A DNA stretch of 63,631 nt, filler included, from Octopus bimaculoides (lineage: Eukaryota), in assembly GCF_001194135.2 (NCBI RefSeq). It is 4 parts of 4 records of this genome, joined end to end, with 100 filler letters (N's around TTAATTAATTAA, not from the genome) between each part and the next. Parts side by side here need not be neighbours in the genome. Positions count along the whole stretch, not along the records: positions 1 to 31,234 come from NC_068990.1; 3 more parts are not named here. One strand, written 5' to 3'. Made by a program: the position numbers and the translations under genes. The notes below the pieces were generated by a model. It made no database searches, was not told the origin of the DNA, and saw nothing but the letters and a program-made list of their open reading frames with translations. The stretch's first letter is position 1; every line of letters begins with the position of its first letter. Shown here one piece after another: positions 1 through 13,559 of the stretch.

Positions 1-69
1 ATGATCGTAGAAATAAGGTGCGTAATACACAATGTAATACATTTACATTATGTAGGTAATAATCAAATT

Positions 70-285
70 GGCGAGCTGGCAGAATAGTTACTGCACCGGA
101 CAAAATGCTTAGCGGCATTTCTTCCAACTTTATGTTCTGAGTTCAATTCTGCCGAGGTCGACCTTGCTTCTCATCCCTTCAGGGTCGATGAAATACGTAA
201 CAAGTGAGCACTGGGGTCGATGTAATCAACTAGCCACCTTCTCCCCAAATTTCAGGCCTTGTGCCTATAGGAGAAAGTATTATAT
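70..285 (+). mobile_element. tRNA-derived SINE, family A
   Basis: GGCGAGCTGGCAGAAT head, GAGTTCAATT B-box-like motif, body GAGGTCGACCTTGC...GGGGTCGATG, tail GGCCTTGTGCC plus an AT-rich end. More than 15 related copies occur in the window. Confidence 0.8.
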
Positions 286-687
286 ATATATAATAATTTA
301 ACTATACATTATGCACTTTATTGTGTTTTGTTACGCGCGTGATCTCCCGGTGATCCCCCGGTGATCCCCGTATGAAACCGATCCGAAGTGCGAAGCTATT
401 TGGCAACCGATGTTCCTTAGGTTCTATATGTTCTAAGACAGGTGACCGCCCGTATGAATATCACAAAATATTGTAACTAATTCTAATTAGATAGAATGCT
501 GTACGTATTACAGTCTCCCGTTTATTGTGCACTTCCTGCTATTGTTCTTGCTGTTTTTGTTTAGCCACAGGTCAACCCCCATTGAACACACCTCCAAAAA
601 AAGCCAGACGCACGCACTCATAGAAACTATTTATCGAGATCTCCAACCCACAGAAATTATTTATCTACATCTCTTTTACATACAAAC

Positions 688-750
<63 letters not shown>

Positions 751-1281
751 ATACCCCAACTTGTACATAGACATACGTCTGTCTTTATATTCACATGAAT
801 AATCAATCTGAAGCTACTGAAAAATACTGCAACTCACTACCCCGCATATGTAAGATCCTACCGTATATGTCTTGTAATATAGAATCAGTTTCATCATTTC
901 GTCTTTACGCTGTTATTTTATCTAGACGTTAATTTAAAAGAAAAATTATTCAGGAAGTGAAATTGATAAAGTCGGTATCAAATATCTGGCAGAAGACATT
1001 CACTTGTTAGTCAGCGGCCACGCTGAAGCACTACCGTAAAGAATTTTGTATAATTCAAACCGACCTCAGCATTTAGTTTATTTTTGTTTTTTTATAGTTT
1101 TTCGTTCTGTATCTATTCTATTGTTCTTTTTTTTTGACGAACTGTTAAGTTACAGGACGTGGGTAAACCAGCATAGGTTTACAAGCGGTAGGTGGGACGA
1201 ATGCAAATATCGGTACATATACATACATGTGCATGTATGAATACATTACATACATACATACATACAAACATACATGCATAT

Positions 1282-1316
<35 letters not shown>

Positions 1317-2236
1317 AACAATTAATTAAATAGATTTAATCAAAAATATAGATTTAATCAAAAGATTAAATGTGGTACTTAAAATGTTTATGCCACCAGA
1401 ATTTGGTAGGGTAAAATCCAAAAACAAAATCAAGAGATTTGGTGAATTAAATTTGAAGAAAAGCAACAAAAATGTATAAGGTTATAGCAGTACGTACGTT
1501 TCGTACAAGCTTCATTTATTTATGTAGTGAGAACACCACATAAGATGTGTAATGAAAATGTACTCCTCAGCTGCATAATGGAAGTTCATTTCAGAAAGCC
1601 ATTTTGTAAATGTGTGCAAATACAAGAGTAGGAGATGAAGAGAATACCATCTTGACTGGGCTGTTACATTTATTTTACACAACATCCGCATACATACAAA
1701 AATATATACATGGGCAAGGAAGACGTGTTCTTGTCTGTCTCCTGTCCAAGCTTGATTTACGCGTTCGCCACCACAACACCATTTAGGCTTAGCAGCCCTT
1801 CCTGTTTTTTTTTCACTGTCCTGTTTGTGTTACCAATTTTGACCCTCCACAAAATCCCAAATTTTATTTAATTTGCTTTGCGGGAGCAACTCTTTTATCG
1901 AAAGCGTATATTGTTAAATGCTCGAAATACGAGAGTAGAAAAACAGCCAACAATTGATGAAAGGTCGTTCTTTATGTTGTTTGTCTTGTTTTCCATTTGT
2001 GTCTTTCGTTGTTTGAAAAAGTACTTCATATTCCATGTACTTGTACTTCGTATTTTTTGTACACATTTCATGACGTCCTATGCTCACATATGCATATATA
2101 TATATATATGTATATATNNNNNNNNNNNNNNNNNNNNNNNNNNNNNNNNNNNNNNNNNNNNNNNNNNNNNNNNNNNNNNNNNNNNNNNNNNNNNNNNNNN
2201 NNNNNNNNNNNNNNNNNNNNNNNNNNNNNNNNNNNN

Positions 2237-2272
<36 letters not shown>

Positions 2273-2514
2273 TGCCTGGATTTACTTGGGATTTTAACTA
2301 AAGACGTGTACCTTCATGGAAGTACCGACCAACATCCATATCCTCTGGAAAAAGATGAGTTGTGAACATTATTCTCCTGTCTATATTCTTCTAACTACTT
2401 TTACTCTTTAATTTTCAATTTTACTCTTTTATTTTACTATTTTATTCCTTATAAACTGTGAATTTTATTTCTTGTAAATTGTAAATTTCTCCTCGTCTAA
2501 AATATTCATAACTT

Positions 2515-2590
2515 GTCTCTGATGAGAGAATACGCAGTGCATGGACATGCTAACTTACCACTTGGGTTATCCCAAAAACGGCTGTAAGAC
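2515..2590 (+). ncRNA. Degenerate minimal type-I hammerhead ribozyme within a repeat (~2270-2620)
   Basis: GTCT-CTGATGA-stem II (GAGAATA...TATCCC)-AAAAA-C-GGCT-GTA-AGAC. Stem I GTCT/AGAC pairs. The GAAA core has lost its G. Confidence 0.55.
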
Positions 2591-2679
2591 TTTAAATTCA
2601 CCTTACCCTAATTAATTTGTTCTAAATGACTTGAGATACTCGTTCTGTCTTGGTTTTCATTTTTCCTCTAACATAACAC

Positions 2680-2713
<34 letters not shown>

Positions 2714-2770
2714 GATGTGTGCGTGTGTATACATATATGTTTGTGTGTGTGTGAATGTATCTATATGCAT

Positions 2771-2801
<31 letters not shown>

Positions 2802-2921
2802 TATATTAAAACTAATGCATTACGTGAATGATAAACGTAATGGAGATGTCTACTGCTGATAGATATTAAACCTCGACGTACATATACAAACGTTCACTCA
2901 CACACCTGCACATTTGTGTGC

Positions 2922-2974
<53 letters not shown>

Positions 2975-4289
2975 CACGCACTCATACACACATATACATG
3001 TACGTATGCATATACACATATAGATGTGTTTATTTATTGTATGTACATTAATTATATTAGATAGTATTTTATAATGTATATAGGCATAGATACACTAATG
3101 CATACACACACACACACACACACGCATATACATACAAACTACGTATACATACTTATACACAGACACGCTCACATGTACGTGTGTGCGTGCGTGTCGTGTG
3201 TGTGTGTGTGTGTTGTGTGTGTGTGTATCAGAATTATAAATATATCAGCCTCGCCACCGTCACCTCGCCAATTCCTCTACTACTCCTTAAGCATCATGCT
3301 GTTTCCAATCTTGCTTTCTTTTATCAGCTAACTTACACTTATAAGAAGCTGAAGACTCTAAATTTCTGAAATTCCACCAATATCGTGTATTATTACCATT
3401 AACAACGAAATATGAAATTTAGTTGGTTTAGGCCGTTGACGTCTGTCACTGGTAGAAGATTCTTCATATTTTAGCATCAAATAAAGGAACACGACTTCAC
3501 AAATCTGTTTTATTTCCGTTTGCCTGAAAATTTTGATGAATATGTCAGTCATACGGTCAAAGGTGTTCCAATAATTCTATTTTTTACTGCATTGTATATA
3601 AAAGAGTACAAAATACGATGCATCCTCGCTCTTTTCAGAGACAGTAAAACGTAATTTAAAGCTGATTTATCAGCTATTTCTGAAAAGTCCAACGATCATA
3701 TCAAGGCTCCCACGTTAACTTGTTCTGATTAAAGTTAATTGAAAAAAATCTAGACTTTTTTTTTATTATAGAGTTATTATTTAGTTCCGAGTCAAAGAAG
3801 TTCTAGGGACAATGACGTTCTAACCATGGCCATCCATCTTATTTAGAAAGCAGTTTACCTAGTATTATACTAGGATTGTATTGTATGTGTTCTTCCCTCT
3901 TTACAGTGATAGGGTTAACTATAATTTGAGAGAGATTTGATATAATATAATATCTACAATATCTAATATATATTAATACAAACGATATATGATAATGATG
4001 GTGAATCTATAACGCATTTCAAGAGCTACACAGCACAGGTTAGTTTTAATTGACATGCAATGGCATTGAAAAGAAACGTGGCACTTAGGGGAAGCGTCTT
4101 TTACAATAGCTCCGAGCTGACCAATGGCGTGTGAGTGAAATTGATAAACGGAAACTGTGTAGAAGCCGGTATATCTGTCTATCTATCTATCTATCTATTT
4201 ATCTATCTATCTATCTGTCTGTCTGTCTATCGATCGATCGATCGATTCGTGTGTGCGCGCGTGTGTATGTATGAGTATGTGTCAGTAGT

Positions 4290-4470
4290 GTCTGTTCCTC
4301 TAACAATGCTTGACAACCGGTTTTGCATATTTACATCCCCGTAATTGAACGGTTCGGTAAAAGAGACCGACAGAGCATCAGACTTTAAAATAAGTCCTCA
4401 GAGCTTTGTTCGACTATAATCATTTCAAGGTGGTGCCCCAGCATGGCCACAATCCAATGACAAAAGAAGT
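4290..4470 (+). mobile_element. SINE family B, 3' portion
   Basis: CTTGACAACCG...CCCCGTAA...CGGTTCGGTAAAAGAGACCGA...GGTGGTGCCCCAGCATGGCCAC matches the 3' half of the copy at 54496-54908. Confidence 0.7.
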
Positions 4471-4849
4471 AAAAGATAAAAAATTAGCATGTAATAAAAA
4501 TCTTATCTCTAAGCATTTACCTAAAATTAAAATACATTTATACATCATGTATTTAACAGGATTATTAGAGAAACGAAAACTTCGACGCTCCGCACTAAGA
4601 AGGTCCGCCATGTCTGGTGCTATAACAACTTTTTGTTGTGACGTAATGTTTATTATTTGTGATGAGTGGTTATACTCTTTCGTCTCTGAGATGCGATGTA
4701 ATTCACTAACAGATGTTGAATAGGGATACGACGGGACGTTCTAAAAGCTCTTATCTCCGCTTTGTGACCTTCTTATTAGCTTAGTGACATAATAACACAC
4801 ACGCGTGTGTGTGTATGTGATTGTATGTTTACATAATTGCACATATTCG

Positions 4850-5050
4850 AGCTTGCAGAATCTTTACTGCACCGGACAAAATACTTAGCGACATTTCTTC
4901 CGATTCCACCTTCTGAACTCAAATGCCACCGGAGTCCACTTTGCCTTTCATCGTTTCGAGTTGATAAAATAAGTACCAGTTGAGTACTAGGGTCGATGTA
5001 ATCGACTTAGCTCCTCTCCCGAAATTTCTGGCCTTGTGCCCAAATTTGAA
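4850..5050 (+). mobile_element. SINE family A
   Basis: Colinear with 70-285; ends GGCCTTGTGCCCAAATTTGAAACC. Confidence 0.8.
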
Positions 5051-6518
5051 ACCGACATTTTTATGTGTGTGTCTGTGTGTGCGTACGTGCATGCGTGTGT
5101 GTGCGCGCGTGCGTACGTACGTGTGTGTGTCTGTGTGTGTCTGTGCGTGCGCGTGTATCTGTGTACATCTCTATCAATGCGAGCGCGTACATACACACAG
5201 ATATACGGACATACATATATATACCAGCTGTACGATTTGATGTAATAATCTTTTGTAACCTTTGAGACATGTCATAATACTCTGATGCGTGACGTAATAC
5301 CATAATATGCCGTTTTCTAATTCGACGAAATATTTCTGATCATTTTAAGATTCACTGTTTGTAATATGCAATATCATACGAGTTTGTTGTAGCACCATCC
5401 TTTCGTTACTGTTCTTTATACTTTACATCTGCCCTAACTGAGTAGACATATATTCAAAAGTGATGCACTTATGTTCATCAACATCTTATTTTCAAGCATA
5501 GTGTATCTGTCCTGCAAAACTTTCTTTTTATGAAAGATGGTTTGGTGTAATTAGAGGGAGTTTTGGTTGCTATTTCTAGCCCGGTGAGCGAGCTTCTAAG
5601 TTCTGTCTTGGTTTATTTTTTAATGTATACCAATCAGTTTTGTGACGTAACGAGAACTTGTTATGCTGTGCGATGTGACGTGACTTGGAACACTATATGT
5701 GACGTAATAGTAAACCAAACGTATGACGTAGTTTAATACTGTATGAACATTATCTATCCAACCGTTCAACAAATTCAGTCAGTTGTTTTGTACATGAATA
5801 TTTTTATGATTAATCACGCAGTTTCAAATTCATAGTCGGGAAATGAGATTAGGTGCTGTTTTGTTTATGTTTTTCTAAAAATTGTTATTAGCGATGTTAG
5901 ATTCGAAAGCAGCTCTATTTCTACTACTACTTCTAACGCTGCTACTATAGTAGCAAATACTACTGCTACTACTGCTGCCACGGTTGCTGCTCTTGTAAGT
6001 GTAATAAGATCTGTAATAGCAGAGGCAATAACTGTGTCATCGTCGAGATATTAAATAAGACATTAGACGTATATTGGCTAATATAGGAAATCTGTATTGG
6101 AATTTTAGCGAATATTGCTAATAAAGCAATCATGCAGAAGAGGGAAAAAAAATTGTTTTTGTGGATATGTCAAGTAGTTTATCTCTCTCTCCACCTCTCC
6201 ACTTTATACATGCATACATGAATGTACACATACATGTGCGTGCGTGCGTGCGTGCGTGCGTGCGACATGTGTGTGCATAAATATTAGTAAGTAGTAAGCT
6301 TAGCAGCAGAGTGGGACCAGACCTGAGAATATTAATTAATCAAGCATCTCGGAATAAATATCTTCCTGAGGTCGTGCTTGGCGCGTTTTTTGAATGCTTG
6401 TCAGATCTATTATTTTATGCCAGAATTTGAAGCCAATGTTAAGTTGTCCTTTCCGAACGTAATTAGCTTTTCTCTGACAATCAACGTCTTTAGTTTTGAT
6501 GATGTTTATAGTCTAAGA

Positions 6519-6866
6519 CAGTGGTTCTTAACCGGGGTCCATATGGCCTTTGAAGGTCCAAATAAGATTTTATGGAGTCCACGTAACAATAGTAAATTGG
6601 GAATCAACAACAGTATTTTCAGGACCCCTAAAAAAAGTTTGCCTTAGATGTATGTATTGGTATGTATTGTACGAAACAGCTAGGTTTCTTTCTCTAACAT
6701 TTTACATCGTTCAACGTACACAGGTTAATGTGTGAAAAACAAAATAGGAATTTTGAAAGAAGTTTCTATAAAAGTAGTTTTTAAACATCGAGTGGCTAGG
6801 GGTCCACCAGAATAAAATAGTATTTCAAAGAGGTCCATAGATTAAAAAAGTGATTGGGAACCCCTG
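6519..6866. mobile_element. Non-autonomous hAT (Charlie-type) MITE, 348 bp
   Basis: TIRs CAGTGGTTCTTAACC / GATTGGGAACCCCTG. 8-bp TSD GTCTAAGA (6511-6518) / ATCTAAGA (6867-6874), resembling the NTCTAGAN preference of Charlie elements. Confidence 0.85.
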
Positions 6867-8141
6867 ATCTAAGAGATATATTTGGAATTTTAGCTTCTGA
6901 TTTGCTTCCTCGATCATGTATCAATGTTATTATTTCTTATGTCAATATATTCATCCACTTTTACTCAACATAAATACCCAAATAAAAAGAGATAGAACCT
7001 TTAATTAGCGTACGCAATAGTTTTTGCTAATGTAATTTTGTCTGATTTCTTGGAGGTTTGAGTACCTGTTGCAGGAGGGTATACCAATATTGTCCAGTGC
7101 AGATATTACATCAAGCTTTTCAATGCGAACGATTCTTAAAGTTTACCTCTATATTTGCAAATAGGCGCAGTGACAAATATGTCATTAGGTTCACGACCTT
7201 CTTATTTGACAGTAGAGACATAAAAGCACTGTTATACTACATGTTCAGGATCTCATATATCTTGAACAAGCTTATTTTTATGTGAGTATTTAGTTTGAAT
7301 CACAACTTGCAGTGTTTATTTACATTTCTCTCCGTTTTGTTGCTTGATAACTCCTTTCGAGAAACTGTTTATTCATTGCATTAATACGGCTCTGTCCCCG
7401 GAGGCCAATTTTTATGAGCCTGTTTCTTTTTTTTTTTTTTAGAAACAGCCATGTTCTTAGGATCCGTGATATACCTTCTCGCGCTCACTGTCAAAAACGT
7501 AACTTCTCATTATGTTACTGAGATTATTTAACACCTATTCCTGCCGAGGAACTGGGTCAAGCTAAACATATATTCGTATTTGTATTCATATTTGCCTTAT
7601 GATAATTTTAGTGGTCCAAAGATCAGAGACATTTTCAAAGTTTCTCAACTACATAAAACGTCTTCTATGGTGTCATATTGCAGTTTCTGCAATTTTATGA
7701 TCTAAAGAATTTCGGTTATCAAATGTAGTAAGAAAAGGGTAATCTGTCAGTAATCTCATTCGCTATAATTTTTGTATTCTAAAAGTAATTAAAATAAGCA
7801 AAATTAATGACATAATCAGATTGCCTCAAGAAATGACATGAACACAGAATAAATTGCGAGGACGTCCAAGACTAATCTATGTTTAATCACAAGAGCTTCT
7901 AATGGCTCGTTAATTGCTCTTTAAATATTAATAAATTTGGTTTCCTAAATGTATCCTTCTAACGATATCCCAAATCACATAAATCGAAGCTAGAAGACAA
8001 TAAAGACAGATAAATGGGTTTCTGGCACGCACAGTACTCCTTCCTTCTCTCTCGCTGTCTTACTTTTTAATACGTATACCTTGAAACGTTACACGAAATC
8101 CTAGATACACATGCCCACATACACTTATATACATATACGTG

Positions 8142-8198
<57 letters not shown>

Positions 8199-9195
8199 GC
8201 ATGTATACATCCGTCCATACATACATAGAATATATATATATGTATGTGTGTGTGTATGTATACGTTCACAAAGGCAAGCACACATCCATGATATGCACAT
8301 GGATTACAAATCATGTATAAGACATAAATCTAGTATTCAACTAACTGTATTAAAGAAAGATAAACACGATAGAAAAATAGTTACTCTAAGATGGCGTACT
8401 AGGCTGCGAAGAATATCAACCAGGAAATACGTGTTGAAGAAAACGATGTCTAGAATGGCATATGTGAAGAAAAAGGGAGAAGAAAGAGAGAAAATAGGAC
8501 AGAGGTAGTTACTAGTACTTAAATTAAAATATGTTATTTTAAAAATCGAAGTTAAATAATTGAAGAAAGGTTCATATAGCATGTATATACCATCTTCCAT
8601 ACCAAAAGAAATTAGCATTAAAATCTCATTTGTTACTTTTATTCATGCAGGAAACACTTATACACACAACCATGCGTGCACACACACGCACACACACATC
8701 ACGCACACATACACACACACGTACGTACGTACGTATGTATGTGTGTGTATGTATGTATGTATGTATGTATGTAAGTATTATGTATGTATGCATGTATGAG
8801 TGTGTGTGTGTTTATATTTGTGTATATTTTGTGATTGTAAAAATATAGATAGCTGTATGGTTAAAAATTTATGTAAATTGAAAAATGTAGTATATTAATG
8901 TAAAGTTACCAGAGAAATTAATAATAAATATATTTATATTGGACCACCTAAAAGTGAAGAAGCGTCTTTCAACACATTTATACACATTTCGGAATAGGAA
9001 AAAACAGAATTCAACGGGTTTAAGTTTATACATACATACACACATATATACATTTAGAATAATAAGGTAGTCAGAATATTGGATGATTATATATATTTTT
9101 TATTTACATTTTATTAACATTTTTAGCGCTTTCTTCTGTTATCGGTCTGTATGTTAATCTGTTTACTTTCATATCCATATACTTACATACATGTG

Positions 9196-9287
<92 letters not shown>

Positions 9288-9382
9288 CTTACACCTCCCC
9301 ACACATACATCTTTCTACATAACAGCGCACTAACTATTCTACTCTACCTGTGTAAACTGTGGGTATGGGGGTATGATATCTA

Positions 9383-10538
9383 CTATGTATATTTCCTATT
9401 TAGTATTGGGGAAGTTTTATTTATGACGACGTACTCCTGTATTTGTCTGAGTGTTGGGTCCTTTGGGTGCTTGGATAAGATGCGGATGTCAAGTTGACCC
9501 AGGTTGCCTCCATGTTGGTCCTTGGCATGTTGGTAGAGTATAGACTGTTTTTTGTCGTCATATTGTCTCAAATGTTTATTTAGTTGTTCCGCAATGCTCC
9601 TAGATGTCTCTCCTATGTATGTCATGTTCATGTCTTTACAAGCACCTTCTATACATTTTATGCTGTAAACTACATTTCTAGTTCTACAGTTAATGCCAGG
9701 GCTACATAGTTGTGATCTGACGGAGTTCCCAGGCTTTTCAGCAATCTTAATGTTGAGTTTGGTATCCCTCAGAGCTTTTCTAAATCTACAGGCTAGTTCT
9801 CCATGGGCTGTGGCCTCTACAGACATCACTCCTTGATATTTGTCGGTTTTATACCACGTGTTCACCCTGTTTGCTTTGTCACAAGTTCTTTGTATCCTAT
9901 TCCAGTCTTTGTTTCTATATCTAGGGCAGGTACCACTGGTATCATTACGTACAATGTTATCTAATTTCTTTCTAGCACCCCTGTATACTCGGACCCTATC
10001 TTTCTGATCATATCCAGAGAATTGCATGCGGTGCATGAAGTTGTGTATATGTTTTTTCGTTTCATAGGGATTGCATAGTGGGGACACGTTGTTCATTATC
10101 CCAACTAAGTCTGCTATCAGTATGTTAATTTTCATGTTGTATGACAAAGCTGAGTGCTCGTGAACAACATATTTTGAAGCTATAGGTTTCATGTAATAGG
10201 AGTGGAAGAGCTGCAATCTATTGTTCACAGTCTCTAACCAAAGTTCTGTATCTAGGACGGGCAGTCTATTCTTGGGGTGCCTAGTAGGGTAATCTATTGC
10301 TACCTTGATATTTTAGTGGATTGAATTAGCTACTTGCTGGATGCTCTCCAATACGTTCATCTCAGTTTCTACACTATCGTTACGAGAGTTGGCCTTAACT
10401 ATGATATTAATGTCATCTACATACCTGCTGTAGAGTAGAAGAGTTGTGGACTGTTCTGCTAACAATTGCTTAAGTATTTTGTTCCACCAGGTCATGAAGA
10501 GGCCAGCTACATCTCCAGCTACACCGACACCGATGGCT
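9383..10538 (-). mobile_element. Penelope-like retroelement, 5'-truncated (RT C-terminal half, thumb, GIY-YIG endonuclease)
   Basis: AIG and SRYVDD RT motifs, then LPVLD, YYMKPIAS, and VVYSIKC-x4-C...YIGETSRS...H...H...H. The two track ORFs are one frame broken by a single TAA at 10313-10315. Confidence 0.9.
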
Positions 10539-10740
10539 NNNNNNNNNNATATATATATATATGTATGTATATATATATATATATGTATGCATGTATACAT
10601 GTATATAGATATATACTTAATTCAAACATTCTCATATATACACACACATATATGTATGTATATATGTGAGTATATTTAAGCATTTGCGTATGTGTGTATA
10701 TATATATGTGTATGTGTGTATATATATATGTGTGTGTATG

Positions 10741-10749
<9 letters not shown>

Positions 10750-10775
<26 letters not shown>

Positions 10776-10827
10776 GGGGAGAGAGAGAGGGGGAGAGAGA
10801 GAGAGGGAGAGAGAGACAGAGATAGAG

Positions 10828-10863
<36 letters not shown>

Positions 10864-11070
10864 TGATACATACATACATACATACATACATGCATACATA
10901 CATACATACATACATACATGCATACATACATACATACATACATACATGCATACATACATACATACATACATACATGCATGCATACATACATACATACATA
11001 CATACATACATACATGCATACATACATGCATACATACATACATACATACATACATACATGCATACATATG
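10750..11070. repeat. Compound (GA)n/(GATA)n/(GACA)n/(TACA)n microsatellite
   Basis: Directly visible; representative of dozens of such tracts. Confidence 0.95.
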
Positions 11071-11696
11071 TAAAGTACAAAATATGTATCACTAATGACC
11101 ACCTCAAAACTGAAGAATTTCGACCTAGAAATGCATTCTTCGTTGCCATTCCTCACCTCATAACTGAAATTCCTTCAATATCCATTCATTGATCTCGTTA
11201 ATCTTCGAAATATTAGTCACAGCTCCCGGATTAAATGAGTTTCGAACTTCGCTGATATTTTATAAACTAAAATGGATTTATGAGGAACAGCTGGAGAGAA
11301 AGGAAAAGACAGCTTGTCCACTCAGTTAGATATTAGAATTCAAAAAGAAACGAAGCCATATCAATGGGCTGATTTGAACACAGGTATCATAGAGAGGTTC
11401 AAGTCATGAATTTCAGTTCTTTTCTGCCCTGATCAAATAGACTGCAATCCCCACCTTGTCCTTTTTCTGAGTAGTCTACAATAGCTAATGCAACCTTATA
11501 TATTTTGAGATGCGATTCATGAGGATATGATTGTTATTCCTAGAAGCTTTCTCTTAAGTTCAGTTGAAAATTGGTATCAGTGTTTCACTGTAAGCTGCGC
11601 GCGTCTGCACGTGAATACACACGCGTCTTGCAACCGCCTTATGGAAGAGTTTGATGTACGTTCAAAAGTTTAGTTTCCTAAATTAATAATCGTTTC

Positions 11697-11754
<58 letters not shown>

Positions 11755-11912
11755 ATGTATGTATGTATGTATAAGCATATGTGTGTATATGTATGTATGT
11801 ATATATATATATGTGTGTGTGTATGTGAGTGTGTGTGTGTATGTGAGTGTGTGTGTATGTGAGTGTGTGTGTGTATGTGAGTGTGTGTGTATGTGAGTGT
11901 GTGTGTATGTGT

Positions 11913-12157
11913 GAAGGCGCATGGCTCAGTGGTTACAGCGTCGAGCTTACAATTGTGAGGTTGTGAGTTTGATTCTCGGACCGGGCTTCGTGTTGTGTTC
12001 TTGAGCAAGATACTTTATTTCACGTTGCTTTAGTTAACTCAGCTGTAGAAATGAGTTGCGACATCACTGGTGCCAAGCTGTATCAGCCTTTGCCTTTCCC
12101 TTGGAGGGTAACTTTCTAGGTGCAATCCCATGGTCATTCATGACCGAAGGAGGTCTC
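11913..12157 (+). mobile_element. tRNA-derived SINE family C, internally deleted
   Basis: A box TGGCTCAGTGG, B-box-like GAGTTTGATTC, TTGAGCAAGATACTTTATTTCACG segment; colinear with 61143-61410. Confidence 0.8.
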
Positions 12158-12827
12158 CCCATATACATATATACATACATACATACATACGNNNNNNNNN
12201 NNNNNNNNNNNNNNNNNNNNNNNNNNNNNNNNNNNNNNNNNNNNNNNNNNNNNNNNNNNNNNNNNNNNNNNNNNNNNNNNNNNNNNNNNNNNNNNNNNNN
12301 NNNNNNNNNNNNNNNNNNNNNNNNNNNNNNNNNNNNNNNNNNNNNNNNNNNNNNNNNNNNNNNNNNNNNNNNNNNNNNNNNNNNNNNNNNNNNNNNNNNN
12401 NNNNNNNNNNNNNNNNNNNNNNNNNNNNNNNNNNNNNNNNNNNNNNNNNNNNNNNNNNNNNNNNNNNNNNNNNNNNNNNNNNNNNNNNNNNNNNNNNNNN
12501 NNNNNNNNNNNNNNNNNNNNNNNNNNNNNNNNNNNNNNNNNNNNNNNNNNNNNNNNNNNNNNNNNNNNNNNNNNNNNNNNNNNNNNNNNNNNNNNNNNNN
12601 NNNNNNNNNNNNNNNNNNNNNNNNNNNNNNNNNNNNNNNNNNNNNNNNNNNNNNNNNNNNNNNNNNNNNNNNNNNNNNNNNNNNNNNNNNNNNNNNNNNN
12701 NNNNNNNNNNNNNNNNNNNNNNNNNNNNNNNNNNNNNNNNNNNNNNNNNNNNNNNNNNNNNNNNNNNNNNNNNNNNNNNNNNNNNNNNNNNNNNNNNNNN
12801 NNNNNNNNNNNNNNNNNNNNNNNNNNN

Positions 12828-12878
<51 letters not shown>

Positions 12879-13559
12879 CACTCGAACGTCGATATGCCTT
12901 GAACGAATTACGAAGGAAGTCATCAATGAACTGCGAAGTATAGTACATGGTTTATGCAAGAGATGTTGGGATAATCGTTCTAAGACTGGACAGTACGAAC
13001 CCTGGCTTAGGAACACTTAAAGAGCCGTGACCCAAGGTATTTTTGTTGGATAGACACCAGCTGTTGTTGAAGTAGCATCCACATCGAAACCCATCAATTC
13101 AATTAGAAATCTATTGATCAATTTATATTTTGGTCAATGTCACAAATTCTAATTAAACGACCGGCCTAGCCAACGGTCATTATTTGCTGAATGTTTTAAA
13201 ATGAACCTCATTAATTCTGAACGTGGAAACTCTATCCCAAATCGTACGAGCACTTGCACAAGTATATCTGCTAGCATCTGTGTGTGTGTATGTATGTATG
13301 TATGTATGTATGTATGTATGTATGTCATTATTCAGTTTATTTCGAGGTTTCTTGCCAATAGAGAAAGAACCGGTTTCTAACCTAGATCTAATTGATCATT
13401 GGAATTTCAGCATCAACAACAGGGCATGTATGTATGCATGTATGTATGTATGTATGTATGTATGTATGTATGTATGTATGTATGTATGCATGCATGCATG
13501 TATGCATGTATGTATGTATGAATGGATGGATGGATGGATGGATGGATGGATGAATGTAG

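Noticed and set aside
336-372. Triple GTGATC(T/C)CCC(G) repeat
   Set aside because: Short local slippage repeat with no further structure or context.
10313-10315. In-frame stop in the Penelope-like ORF as possible selenocysteine recoding
   Set aside because: The codon is TAA, not TGA; a simple nonsense mutation is more likely.
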